This document shows, one piece after another, positions 9,669 to 19,601 of a stretch of DNA of 64,000 nucleotides. The DNA is from an uncultured Acidobacteriota bacterium. Lineage in GTDB: Bacteria > Acidobacteriota > Vicinamibacteria > Vicinamibacterales > JAKQTR01. Each line of letters opens with the position of its first letter. Position 1 is the stretch's first letter. The position numbers and the translations under genes were made by a program. Under the pieces are notes generated by a model that was not told the DNA's origin, ran no database searches, and saw nothing but the letters and a program-made list of their open reading frames with translations. The stretch is taken from NCBI GenBank assembly GCA_963700065.1, contig CAVOWJ010000007.1, positions 786,637 through 850,636 on the forward strand, read 5' to 3'.

Positions 9669-12389
9669 TCAGTTTCGCTCCGGCGCCCGGCGCACGGTTG
9701 CGCGGGTGCGCCACGTCTTTTCTCCGATCTCCAGGACGACGACATACTCTCCCGGCGGCGCGAGCGCGGCCTGCACGCGCGGGCCCGGCGCGGCGGGCGT
9801 TTGTGTCTGCGCCCCGGCTGCCTGCGGCGGCGGTTGGGCGCCGGTGCGCCTGAAATCCCACACGACCGAGTTGAGGCCGGCCGCGCCCTTGCCCTCGAGC
9901 ACGGCAACCGGGTCGCCGGCCGCGTTCGTGACCCGGATCGCGACCTTGTCCTTCACCTCGCTCTTGAGGAAGTAGTTCACCGTCAACCCAACCGGCTCGT
10001 TCGGCGCCACGAACTGGCGGTCGCCGCCGATCGTGCCGCCGATGGCCCGGCGCGGCCACTGGATCTTCGGCTCGACCGCGACGAGGTGCACGTCCTTCGC
10101 CATCACCGCCGATGTCGCCTCTTGCAGCGGCGTGATGTCGGTCACGAAGATGCCGCGGCTGTGCGTGGCCACTACCAGATCGTGCTCGCGGGGGTGAATG
10201 AGCAGGTCGTGCACGATCGGATAGGGCGGCAGGCCCGTGCCGAACGGCGCCCATGTCTTCCCGCCGTCGAGCGTGGCGAACACGCCCATCTCGGACCCAC
10301 AAACAGCAGGTCCGCGTTCTTCCGGTCCTGCGCGAAGGCGTACACCGTGCCGTCGGGCAGGCCCTTGCCGATGGCCGTCCACGTGTCGCCGAAGTCGTCG
10401 GTGCGGAACACGAACGGCGTGTAGTCGTCGCGGTGCCAGCCGGTCTTCAGCACGAACGCCGTGCCCTCTTTGTGCGGCGACGCGACGACCCGCGTCACGT
10501 AATGATCCGCCGGGCCTCCGGCCGCCGTAATCTTCGCCGTCACGTCCTTCCACGCGCCGCCGCTGTCTCTCGTCACCTGCACCTTCCCATCGTCGGTCCC
10601 TATCCAGATGAGGCCCGGCGTGATCGGCGACTCCGCAATCGTCGTCAGCGTGCAGAACTCGATGTTGCCCTTGAGCTTCTCGAGGTCGTTCGTCGTGAGG
10701 TCGGGACTGATTTCCTGCCAGCTGTCGCCGCGGTTCACCGAGCGCAGCAGCACCTGCGCGCCCAGATAGACGATACGCGGGTTGTGGGGCGAGAGATGGA
10801 TGGGCGCCGTCCAGTGGAAGCGGTACGGCGCACCCGATCGTCGCGCCGGCGGACGGATCGATCGTGAGGTGCCCGCGCGCTGGTCCACGCGCTGGATCGC
10901 GCCGAGCTGCGAGGCGTTGAACAGCCACCGGCTGTCTTCCGGATCGACGACGTTGTACATGCCGTCGCCGCCGCCTACCGCCACCCAATCGTCGCGCGTG
11001 ATCGAGCCGCGCGGCCCGTTCGACGGGATCTTCACCGACCCGTTGTCCTGAAGGCCGCCGTAGACGTTGTAGGGCTCCTCCATGTCGACGCCCACCGCGT
11101 AGTACTGCGCGAGCGGCAGGTGATCGACCACGTCCCACGTGTCGCCGCCGTCCCACGAGAAGGCGAGGCCGCCGTCGCTTGCCAGGATCAGGTGCCGCGA
11201 GTCGCGCGGGTCCACCCAGAAGCCGTGGTAGTCCACGTGGAACGAGCGCGCCAGGTTCTCGGGGCCCTTCTTCCCCCATGTCTTGCCGCCATCGAGCGAG
11301 CGGTAGAAGCTCACGCTCGGCACGTACACCGTCTTGTCGTTGTTCGGGTCGACGTAGATCCAGCCGTACCACTTGCCGCCGCCGATGCTCTCGTCGGCCG
11401 AGTTGGTCTTCACCCACGTCTCGCCGCCGTTCTCGGAGCGGTAGACCTCGCCGCCAACGGGGCGCGGGGCCTGCGGGCGCGCGCCGGCCGGTTGTCCGCC
11501 CGTCGCCGGCTTCTCGGTTGCGGCCGGGCGCGGGTTCAGGTTGTCGACGACCGCGTACATGATCTTGGGGTTCTTCGGGTAGATGACGAGGCCGCTCCGC
11601 CCCAGCTTCCCCGTCGGCAGCCCGCCCGCCAGCCGCCGCCACGTCTTCCCATCGTCGGTCGACTTGTAGATCGCCGGTTTCGGGCCCGCCCTCGTCGAAG
11701 TCCCAGGGGATGCGCGTCTTGTCGTAGGTCACCGCGAACACCGTGGAGGGTTTCTTCGGATCGATCACCACGTCGACCACGCCCACGCGGTCGCCCTTGT
11801 CGAGGACCTTCGCCCAGGTCTTCCCGCCGTCGATCGTCTTGTAGAGCCCGCGGTCGGGAGAGTTCGAGAAGTGGTAGCCGACCGCCGCCACGTAGACGAT
11901 GTCGGGGTTGCGCGGGTGGATGGCGATGCGGCCGATGTGGCGGGTTTCGGTGAGGCCCATGTGGGCCCACGTCTTCCCCGCGTCCGCCGACTTCCAGACG
12001 CCGAACCCGCGCAGCGGGATGCGTCCGGACGCGGCGTCGCCGGTGCCCACCCAGATGATGTCGGGGTTGGAGGGCGCGAGCGCCGCGTGGCCGATCGAGA
12101 CGGCGCTCTTGTCGGGCAGGACCGACTCGAATGTCGTGCCGTTGTTCACCGTCTTCCAGAGGCCGCCCGTGGCAGGCGCCAGGTAGAAGGTCGAGGGCTG
12201 GCGCTCGTTGACGAGCACGTGCAGGATGCGGCCGTTCTGGCGCGCCGGGCCGAGATTGCGGAACGCCGGCGCGCCGAGCAGCGCGGCGGCGCCCGTCGGC
12301 GGCGCCTCCTGCGAGCCAAGCGGCGCGGCCGAGAAGACGGCGATCGCGCAAAGGCCGAGCAGGAACGTTACCAGGCGTCTCGTGGACAT
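9669..12389 (-). CDS. secreted VPS10/sortilin-like BNR (Asp-box) repeat glycosyl-hydrolase-family protein; two frame disruptions
   Basis: Signal peptide MSTRRLVTFLLGLCAIAVFSAAP. Asp-box motifs run across three abutting frame segments: SADAGKTW, TIDGGKTW, SENGGETW, SLDGGKTW, SWDGGDTW, TDDFGDTW, TLDGGKTW. The frame switches near 11683 and 10295 (ORFs 9669..12389 and 10172..11560). Confidence 0.75.
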   Translation of the reverse strand: MSTRRLVTFLLGLCAIAVFSAAPLGSQEAPPTGAAALLGAPAFRNLGPARQNGRILHVLVNERQPSTFYLAPATGGLWKTVNNGTTFESVLPDKSAVSIGHAALAPSNPDIIWVGTGDAASGRIPLRGFGVWKSADAGKTWAHMGLTETRHIGRIAIHPRNPDIVYVAAVGYHFSNSPDRGLYKTIDGGKTWAKVLDKGDRVGVVDVVIDPKKPSTVFAVTYDKTRIPWDFDEGGPETGDLQVDRRWEDVAAAGGRAADGEAGAERPRHLPEEPQDHVRGRRQPEPAPGRNREAGDGRTTGRRAPAGPAPRWRRGLPLRERRRDVGEDQLGRREHRRRQVVRLDLRRPEQRQDGVRAERELLPLARWRQDMGEEGPREPGALVPRGLPRLLGGPARLAAPDPGKRRRPRLLVGRRRHVGRGRSPAARAVLRGGRRHGGALQRLRRPSGQRVGEDPVERAARLDHARRLGGGRRRRRHVQRRRSGRQPVAVQRLAARRDPARGPARGHLTIDPSAGATIGCAVPLPLDGAHPSLAPQPAYRLSGRAGAAALGEPRRQLAGNQSRPHDERPREAQGQHRVLHADDDCGVADHAGPHLDRDRRWEGAGDERQRRRVEGRDGEDYGGRRPGGSLRDAGRRVAAQRGHGVRAEDRLAPRRLHAVRVPHRRLRRHVDGHRQGPARRHGVRLRAGPEERGPAVCGSEMGVFATLDGGKTWAPFGTGLPPYPIVHDLLIHPREHDLVVATHSRGIFVTDITPLQEATSAVMAKDVHLVAVEPKIQWPRRAIGGTIGGDRQFVAPNEPVGLTVNYFLKSEVKDKVAIRVTNAAGDPVAVLEGKGAAGLNSVVWDFRRTGAQPPPQAAGAQTQTPAAPGPRVQAALAPPGEYVVVLEIGEKTWRTRATVRRAPERN

Positions 12390-12400
12390 CTCAGTCTCCC

Positions 12401-12456
12401 GGGGTCGGGTCTATTTACGTGCGCGAAGCTCGATGAGCGACAACATTGTAATCGCC
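12401..12456 (-). promoter_or_regulatory. conserved ~55-nt upstream/leader element, copy A (11 nt upstream of the VPS10-like start)
   Basis: Minus-strand read: GCGATTACAATGTTGTCGCTCATCGAGCTTCGCGCACGTAAATAGACCCGACCCC. It matches 15407..15461 at 49 of 55 positions by hand alignment. Confidence 0.5.
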
Positions 12457-12540
12457 GACCCGAGGGTTCCCCGGAAAGACCAAGGGCCGCCCGCGCCATG
12501 CGGACGGCCCCGGGGACCGCCGAGCGGCGCCCCTCCCGCG

Positions 12541-14025
12541 TCAGGGCGCCTTGCGCTTACCGTCCGCGTCGTAGATTTCCACGGTCCCGAACTGCTTGAG
12601 CCCGCCGCCAATCTTCTGGCCATCGCCAACGGCCACGATCTGCAGCCTCGCGGGATCGAGGTACTTCACGGCGGCCGCCTGGACCTGCTCCCTGGTGATC
12701 GCCATCAGCCGCTCCGGGTACCTGTCCCAGTAGTCGGCCGGCAGGTTGAATCGCCGTGACGTGACGTAGTTGGCAAGAATGGCCGAGGGCGTCTCGAGCG
12801 ACAGCGCAAAGCTCGCCACCAGCGACCGCTTCTTGTCCATGAACTCGTTGTCGGGAACCGGCTCGGTGCGGATTCGCTTCACCTCGCCCAGGATTTCGCC
12901 GACGGCCTTGTCGGTCACGTCTCCCTTGACCTCGGTTTGCGCCGACCAGTCGCCGCGGTAGCGGGGCGCGTTGAGGCCGCTGTACGCCCCGTACGTCCAC
13001 CCCTTCTCCTCGCGGAGGTTGAGGAACAGCCGCCCGGTCGGGCCGCCGCCGATGATCGCGTTGACCAGCGTCATCACCTCGTAGTCCGGGCTGTTCCTGT
13101 TGATCGCCTGCGTCCCGACGACCAGGCTGGTCTGAACGGAACTGGGCCGATCGACGAGCAACACCTTGCCGGCGCCGGCGGGCGCCGGGTCCGGCGCGGG
13201 CGCCACGGCGGCGCCGGCCTTCTTCCAGCCGCCGAACCGCGCCTCGACTTTCTTGCGCGCCTCGGCCAGCGTGATGTCGCCGACGATGGCCACGATCGTC
13301 TGGTCGGGCGTGTACCGCGCCTTGTGAAACGCCACCAGCGCGTCGCGCGTGGCCCTGTCGATCGACTCGGCCGTGGCCATCACGCGACCGGCCGGGTGGT
13401 CGCCATACATCGCGCGGCCGTAGCGCTCGGCCGCCAGGAACTGGGGCATCGAGCGCACCTGCACCAGCTGTGCCTTCTGACGCGTCTTGTAGCGGGCCAG
13501 TTCGGCGTCGGGGAACGTCGGGGTCAGCACGATGTCGGCCGCCAGGTCGAGCGTCCGGTCGAGGTTGTCGGTGAGGCCGCTCGCCATGACCAGCGCGAAC
13601 TCGCTGGTCCCGCCGGTGCCCACCGACACGGTCGACGCCATCGCCTCGAGGTCCTGCGCGATCTGCTGCGAGGTGCGCGCGGCCGTGCCCTCGCTCATCA
13701 TCGCGGCGGTGAACGCGGCGAGGCCGGGCGCGTCGGCCGGATCGAACAGCCCTCCGGCGCCCGAGATGATCATCTGCACCGAGACCTGCGGGGCGCGATG
13801 ATCCTCGATCACCATCATGTGTATGCCGTTGGGGAGGTCCGCCTCCTGCGGGCGCGGCAGTTTCACCTTCAGGATGTCGTTCGACACCGGCGCCTTCCCC
13901 TTCTGGACCACCCCTTTGGTCGGCGAGGCCTGGCCGGGCGGCACCTGCGCGGCCGAGAGGACAAGCGGCAGCGCGCCCAGCGCGGCGATCGCGGCGGCGG
14001 CGGCAAGCGTTCTGGCGGCGTTCAT
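12541..14025 (-). CDS. M16 family peptidase-like protein, non-catalytic partner (no HxxEH)
   Basis: Only the C-terminal 494 aa of ORF 12541..15333 read sensibly, starting MNAARTLAAAAAIAALGAL (signal peptide). ATG 14025 overlaps the upstream stop (ATGA). The position equivalent to HxxEH reads GLAAFTAAMMSEGT. Confidence 0.85.
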   Translation of the reverse strand: MNAARTLAAAAAIAALGALPLVLSAAQVPPGQASPTKGVVQKGKAPVSNDILKVKLPRPQEADLPNGIHMMVIEDHRAPQVSVQMIISGAGGLFDPADAPGLAAFTAAMMSEGTAARTSQQIAQDLEAMASTVSVGTGGTSEFALVMASGLTDNLDRTLDLAADIVLTPTFPDAELARYKTRQKAQLVQVRSMPQFLAAERYGRAMYGDHPAGRVMATAESIDRATRDALVAFHKARYTPDQTIVAIVGDITLAEARKKVEARFGGWKKAGAAVAPAPDPAPAGAGKVLLVDRPSSVQTSLVVGTQAINRNSPDYEVMTLVNAIIGGGPTGRLFLNLREEKGWTYGAYSGLNAPRYRGDWSAQTEVKGDVTDKAVGEILGEVKRIRTEPVPDNEFMDKKRSLVASFALSLETPSAILANYVTSRRFNLPADYWDRYPERLMAITREQVQAAAVKYLDPARLQIVAVGDGQKIGGGLKQFGTVEIYDADGKRKAP

Positions 14026-15392
14026 CGCAGGCCTCCCTTCGCGGCGCCGGCCGCCGGCGCCTTCGGATTGGTGATCACGACGGTCCGGCTCCGCGGCCCG
14101 AAGTACCGGTTCGCGACGCGCTGGACGTCGGCCGCGGTGACCGCCGACAGCCGCTCGTACCTCGTGTTGATCAGATTGGGATCGTCGTAGTACACCGCGA
14201 GCTGCGAGAGCATCACCGCCCGCGACATCGAGCTGGTGAGGCTGCCGACGAAACCGCGCTTCGCGATGTTGCGCGCCTTCTCGATCTCCCACGCCTCGAT
14301 CGGGCCGGCCTTGAGGCGCTCGATCTCGGCGTAGATCGCCTGCTCGAGGTCGGCGATCGCCTTGCCGGGGTTCGCCATCCCGCCGAGGCGGAACAGCCCG
14401 GGCCCGCGGCTCTCGCCCGCCGACGCCATCACGCTCGACGACAGCTGCTTCTGGCGGACGACGTTCTCGTAGAGGCGGGAGCTGCGCCCGCTCGAGAGGA
14501 TCGTGGCGGCCACCGACAGCGCGTCGGCATCGGGCGTCATCGACGGCGGGATGGGGTACACGACGTCGACGCGCGGGAGCTTGGCGAGCGGGTCGTCGAT
14601 CGTCGCGCGCCGCTCCTCCGTCTGGGGCGGTTCGGTGATGTCGACGGGGGGCGGATCGGGCTGCCGGGGGATCGACTCGAAGTACTGGCGGACCTTCGCC
14701 AGGCAGTCGGCCGTCCTGACGTCGCCCGCGATGGCCAGCACCGCGTTGTTCGGCGCGTAATACATCTTGAAGAACGCCGCCACATCGTCGACCGTCGCCG
14801 CGCGCAGGTCGTCGATCGAGCCGATCACCGAGTGGCGGTACGCGGGGTTCCTGTAGGCCAGGTCCTCGAGGACCTCGGAGGTCCTGCCGTAGGGCTGGTT
14901 GTCGACGCCCTGGCGGCGTTCCTCCGACACGGTGGCGATCTGGTTGTCGAGGTTCTGCTTGTTGATGTCGAGGGCGCGCATGCGATCCGACTCGAGGAAC
15001 AGCGCCAGGTCGAGCTGATTGCTGGGCAGCCGCTCGAAGTAGTTGGTCCGCTCCTTGTTCGTCGTCCCGTTCATGTCGCCGCCGTTGTTGAAGACGAGCA
15101 GGAAGTGCTCGCCGCTGCCGACGTTCGGCGATCCCTTGAACATCATGTGCTCGAACAGGTGGGCGAAGCCGGTGCGGCCCGGCCGCTCGTTGCGCGAGCC
15201 GACGTTGTAGGTGACGGCAATCGAGAACACCGGGGCGAAGTGGTCCTCGGCGATGATCACGCGGAGGCCGTTCTTCAGGCGCGTGTCGGAGAACTGCACT
15301 TTCGGCGGGGCGGCCGCCAGCAGCGAGACGCACGCGGCCGCCGCCGTCGCGGCGCCCGTGAGCGCGAGTACGAGCTTCAGCCTGCTTCTCAT
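14022..15392 (-). CDS. M16 family zinc peptidase (insulinase/pitrilysin-like), catalytic subunit
   Basis: ORF track 456 aa. Signal peptide. Inverted zincin motif GFAHLFEHMMFKGS (HxxEH). SD AGGAGG upstream. Confidence 0.9.
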   Translation of the reverse strand: MRSRLKLVLALTGAATAAAACVSLLAAAPPKVQFSDTRLKNGLRVIIAEDHFAPVFSIAVTYNVGSRNERPGRTGFAHLFEHMMFKGSPNVGSGEHFLLVFNNGGDMNGTTNKERTNYFERLPSNQLDLALFLESDRMRALDINKQNLDNQIATVSEERRQGVDNQPYGRTSEVLEDLAYRNPAYRHSVIGSIDDLRAATVDDVAAFFKMYYAPNNAVLAIAGDVRTADCLAKVRQYFESIPRQPDPPPVDITEPPQTEERRATIDDPLAKLPRVDVVYPIPPSMTPDADALSVAATILSSGRSSRLYENVVRQKQLSSSVMASAGESRGPGLFRLGGMANPGKAIADLEQAIYAEIERLKAGPIEAWEIEKARNIAKRGFVGSLTSSMSRAVMLSQLAVYYDDPNLINTRYERLSAVTAADVQRVANRYFGPRSRTVVITNPKAPAAGAAKGGLR

Positions 15393-15406
15393 CAGTTCCT
15401 CCTGCA

Positions 15407-15461
15407 GGGGTCGGGTCTATTTACGTGCGCGACGCTCGACGAGCAACGGTATTGTAATCGC
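15407..15461 (-). promoter_or_regulatory. conserved ~55-nt upstream/leader element, copy B (14 nt upstream of the M16 operon start)
   Basis: Minus-strand read: GCGATTACAATACCGTTGCTCGTCGAGCGTCGCGCACGTAAATAGACCCGACCCC. Confidence 0.5.
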
Positions 15462-15551
15462 ACGGCCGGCCGGGCGACGGTCCGAGCGTATAATTCCGCC
15501 ACGCCCGCCGGACTTGTGCCCTCCGGCCGCGCTCTCAAACCTGGTGACGCC

Positions 15552-17010
15552 ATGCCCAACGCCTGCACGCCACGCCTCGTCTTTCTCGCTGCCTTGATCG
15601 CGCTGGTGCCGCTCGCCTCCGCCGGGCCGCTGGCCCAGGCGCCGCAGCCGGCCTCGCAGGCCCCGGCCGCGCGGGCCCAGGCGGCGGACCAGAAGCCCGC
15701 GCTCAACTGGCAGATGTCGCGCTCGGGCGATATCAACCGCATCCTGCCGCTGCGCGACCGCGCCCGCGTGCAGAACGAGATCCTCGAGTGGCGGCTCGAC
15801 AACGTTCTGCCCGCCATCATGCGCCGCGAAGGCCTCGAGCTGTGGCTCGTCGTCAACTTCGAGTACCGACGAGGACCCCGTCTACATGTCGCTGGTCGCG
15901 CAGCCGATGTTCTCGGCGCGGCGGCTCTCGATCCTCCTCTTCCACGACAGCAAGGACGGGTTCCGCAAGCTCACCGCCAACTGGCACGGCACGTCGACGT
16001 CGGGGCCGATGTACACGAACATCTTCACCGACCGGTCGAAGGGGGCCAACCACCAGTTCACCGTCGTCGCCGACTACATCCGGCAGCACGATCCGAAGAC
16101 GATCGGCATCAACTACGCGCCGCACTTCGACTACCACGACGAGTTCGCGCACGGCAACGGCCTCTCGGCCTTCCACAAGGCGAAGCTCGAGCAGGCCCTC
16201 GACAGGAAGTACGTCGATCGCCTCGTCTCGGCCGAGAAGGTGGCGATCGGCTGGTACGAGACGCGCAGCCCGCGCGAGCTGAGCCTCTACCGCCACCTCG
16301 CGGGCATCGGGCACGATCTCATCGCCGAGTTCTTCTCGAACCGCGCGATCACGCCCGACGTGACGACGGCCGACGACGTGGAGTGGTGGATCCGGCAGCG
16401 CATCACCACGCTGGGCCTCGACACGTGGTTCCACCCGTCGATCGACATCAAGCGGTCGCCGGCCGACCGCAAGCGCTACGGCGAGCGCGACACCGTCATC
16501 CGCCGCGGCGATCTGCTGCACTGCGACGTGGGCATCTCCTACCTGGGCTTGACGACCGACATGCAGCACAACGCCTACGTGCTGCGCCTGGGCGAGACCG
16601 AGGCGCCGGCCGGCCTGCGCGAACTGCTGCGCAAGGGCATCCGGCTCCAGGAGATTCACCTGGCGGAGATGCGCGAGGGCCGGACCGGCAACGACATCCT
16701 GCGCGCGATCCTCCAGCGCGGCCGCGCGGAAGGCCTGCTGCCGACCGTCTACACGCACCCCATCGGCCCGTACGGCCACGGGTCGGGCACCATGATCGGC
16801 ATGCCGGACAAGCAGGAGTCCGTGCCCGGCACGGGCGAGCACCCGCTTCACGCCGACACGGTCTACTCGATCGAGTTCTCGGTGGCGGCCGACATCCCGG
16901 AATGGGACAACGTCGAAGTGTCCACGGGCTTCGAAGACGAAGCCGTCTTCACTGGCGGCGCCGCGCGCTGGGTGGACGGCTACCCGCGGGCACTGTACCT
17001 GATCAGGTAG
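15552..17010 (+). CDS. secreted M24 family metallopeptidase (Xaa-Pro aminopeptidase/creatinase-like); frame disruption near 15868
   Basis: N-terminus MPNACTPRLVFLAALIALVPLASAG... lies in the frame of ORF 14832..17024 up to WLVVNFEY. It then continues DEDPVYMSLVAQ... in ORF 15886..17010. The C-terminal pita-bread-like region contains LLHCDVGISY, THPIGPYGHGSG and YSIEFSV. Confidence 0.75.
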
Positions 17011-17020
17011 CGGTGGCAAG

Positions 17021-17746
17021 GTGACAGGTCCCCTGCTGATCCTGGTGGCCGCCGGCCTGGGCGCGGGCGCCGCGGACGCCCAGGGGGTCGAGAAGCAGCG
17101 GGTGGTGTCGATCGGCTCGGATCAGATCAAGAACGGCATCGTCGCCGAGCTGATTTGGGTCGACGGCCAACTGATCGTGCAGGGCGCCTTCATCGACGCG
17201 TCGGGCCAGATCAAGGCCGACTACTACGTCATTCCTGCCGAGGGCACCGGGATCAGGCGCCTCGGCGGGCCGAACACTGCGGCCGAGGAGTACTGGAGGC
17301 GGAAAGCGAGCCGCGTGAGCCCGACCGGGCTCGGCCGGATCACCTCCGTGACCGACTCGAAGATGCCGTACATGGGGGTCGGCGCCCTCGACCGCCGGTT
17401 GAGGGATGCGGCCGACATGGGCGGCGTGCAGCAGCGCCACGTGCTCAGGATCGACCGTCTGATCCTGCTCGAGCGGACCAGCGACCAGCCGCCCTACGAC
17501 GGCGAGACGTACTCGTGGTCGCCGGCGGAGCTGAACCGCGTCGCGTACGTCGACGCCAAGGGCGACGTGTGGGTGGCGCGCGCCGACGGCGCGAAGCCGC
17601 AGCGCCTTCTGCGCGGCGACTACACGCTGCCGGCCTGGTCCGACGACGGGCGCGCCATTGCCGTCGCCGAGCGGAAAGACGGCGGCCGCCGATGGGACCT
17701 CTCCGTCGTCTACCTGCCGGAAGCCCTGCGCACGCCGCCGCGCTGA
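17021..17746 (+). CDS. hypothetical secreted protein
   Basis: ORF track 241 aa. N-terminus LLILVAAGLGAGAADA. Non-shadow amino-acid composition. No named domain recognised. Confidence 0.55.
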   Translation: MTGPLLILVAAGLGAGAADAQGVEKQRVVSIGSDQIKNGIVAELIWVDGQLIVQGAFIDASGQIKADYYVIPAEGTGIRRLGGPNTAAEEYWRRKASRVSPTGLGRITSVTDSKMPYMGVGALDRRLRDAADMGGVQQRHVLRIDRLILLERTSDQPPYDGETYSWSPAELNRVAYVDAKGDVWVARADGAKPQRLLRGDYTLPAWSDDGRAIAVAERKDGGRRWDLSVVYLPEALRTPPR

Positions 17747-17896
17747 CGCATGGCTGCGACGGTCCCGGGGCCGCGCGCGCAGCACCCGGCCGGCCGCAGG
17801 CGTTCAACCTCGTCCCGCAGCAGAGCACAGGCGGCAGGGCCCATTTCGGCGAGCGCGCCGGGCGGGCGACACGCCCAACGACGGAGCGGCCGGCGG

Positions 17897-19123
17897 CTAC
17901 GCAGGCCCGGTGGTCAACTCGTCGAACCAGGCCCCATCCGCTCGCAGGTACACGAAGCGGTCTCCGACCGAGAACTGGTAGAAGGGCATGCTCGGCGATG
18001 TTGACTCGCGGCACGGCTTCCAGACCAGCACCGGATGGCGCCCGATGGTCTCGCGGCGGACGAGCCGTGTCCCGACGCGGCGCAGCTCGGGCCCGCGGCT
18101 TTGCAGCCTGTCGATCGCACCCTCGGGATCCACAAATGGCGCCAGCTCCCCGCGCTCCTGGTTGGCCCCCGCGGCCTGGGAGAAGCGGCCGGTGCGCGCA
18201 TCGATCAGGATGCGCGCCGTCGCGCGCTGGCCGGTGTAGTAGGTGACGATGTACAAGTAGGTGTCGTGGCGGTCGAGGCGCTCCACCAGCAGAGGCTCCG
18301 ACCGGGCCATTGCCGCGTCCGTCAACGCGGGCGCCCAGCGCTCGGGCCGCTCCAGCATCCGCCTCACCTCCCGGTCGGCCGCCCTCTTTGCCGCCTCGGC
18401 CGGGATGAGCGCGTTCCCCGCCGGCGGCTTTTCGTCAGCCTTGCGCACCGGCGGCGCGCCGGGGCCCACGCCCGGCCGGGGCGCCGGCGCCGGGAAGGCG
18501 CCAACCGGCACCTTCCCGGCGCCGCCGACAACGACCACTTTGTCGCGGTACCGGCCGGCCGGCACGAACGACAGGTAGCCGAGATTCCAGTCCGCGATCG
18601 CCACCTCGTGGGTGTCGCCGAACTTCTTGTCGAGCGGGTCGCGCAGGCACACGTGGGTGGTCTCGCCGGCCGAGTCGGCGAGGTAGCCGTCCACGAGCAC
18701 CCAGTGCTGCCATCCGTACACGAGGGCCGCCCCGGGCACACCGCTATCGACGCATCGTCGCAGCTCGGCGGTGGCATCGCGCTCGTACTCGTGAGCGCTC
18801 ACGGCGTAGCTCGCCTTGCTCTGCCGCATGCCGAGCACCCGCTCGAGCGCGTCGGGCGTCGTCGACCAGCAGAACCAGTCCCCCTCGTACCGATCGCACT
18901 TCTGTTCCGGGAACGGGGGGCAGGCTGACGCGTCGTCGTCGGCCGACGAAGGACGCTTCGCGTTGGTCTCGGTCTGGATCTCGTCCCAGAGCCGCTCCTG
19001 CCAGGTTGGAGGCTGGCCCGGGTCGGCCGCTCCCAACGAGGTCAGGGCCATCTGGGCCACTGCGGGGCCGCAGAAGTAGCCGCGCTCCTGCGGCAGCCAG
19101 CCGACGCCAAGATCTTTCGACAT
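17897..19123 (-). CDS. hypothetical protein with N-terminal papain-fold (C39-like) cysteine peptidase motif
   Basis: ORF track 408 aa. The N-terminal RGYFCGPAVAQMAL resembles the catalytic-Cys context of C39-like peptidase domains, and a later GWQHWVLVDGY gives a candidate His. The product name is tentative. Confidence 0.55.
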   Translation of the reverse strand: MSKDLGVGWLPQERGYFCGPAVAQMALTSLGAADPGQPPTWQERLWDEIQTETNAKRPSSADDDASACPPFPEQKCDRYEGDWFCWSTTPDALERVLGMRQSKASYAVSAHEYERDATAELRRCVDSGVPGAALVYGWQHWVLVDGYLADSAGETTHVCLRDPLDKKFGDTHEVAIADWNLGYLSFVPAGRYRDKVVVVGGAGKVPVGAFPAPAPRPGVGPGAPPVRKADEKPPAGNALIPAEAAKRAADREVRRMLERPERWAPALTDAAMARSEPLLVERLDRHDTYLYIVTYYTGQRATARILIDARTGRFSQAAGANQERGELAPFVDPEGAIDRLQSRGPELRRVGTRLVRRETIGRHPVLVWKPCRESTSPSMPFYQFSVGDRFVYLRADGAWFDELTTGPA

Positions 19124-19165
19124 TGCTGTGCTCCGAATCCCGGGTCATTCCGCCGGGGCGAATGG

Positions 19166-19528
19166 TTACTGGCCCGGCGCCTCACCCGCCGGCGGACACC
19201 ATTCCCCGGAGCCAGGCCCGGGACAGCCCGGGTACCGCGCGATCGTGTCCGACGCGAGCTGGGCCGTCACCTTGCTGACGTGCTTCCCGTCGGTCAGGAC
19301 GCGCGCGACGGCGCCGAGCTTCTTCGCGGCCTTCAGGACCCGCTTCCTCGCCGACGCCCAGTCGCCGCCCGCAGCGAGCCGGTCGGTGATCGCCTTCGTG
19401 TACAGCTCCACCCAGTACTTCTGGGCCGGCGGGCTCATCTTCTTCTTTCCAAGGCCCTTGTTCACTTCCGCCTTGAGCTCCTTGAGAATCGACTTCACCG
19501 TCGGGTTCGCGGCCTTCTTCTTCGCCAT
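19166..19528 (-). CDS. small basic hypothetical protein (120 aa)
   Basis: ATG 19528 is preceded by a strong SD (CAGGAGGACGCT-ATG). Lys-rich start MAKKKAANPTVKSILKELK. Confidence 0.55.
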   Translation of the reverse strand: MAKKKAANPTVKSILKELKAEVNKGLGKKKMSPPAQKYWVELYTKAITDRLAAGGDWASARKRVLKAAKKLGAVARVLTDGKHVSKVTAQLASDTIARYPGCPGPGSGEWCPPAGEAPGQ

Positions 19529-19601
19529 AGCGTCCTCCTGGATCGCAGAGCGACCGGTCAATACGGGTGCTGGAGTGGCAGGTGTGCGCGCCGCCGCCAT
19601 T

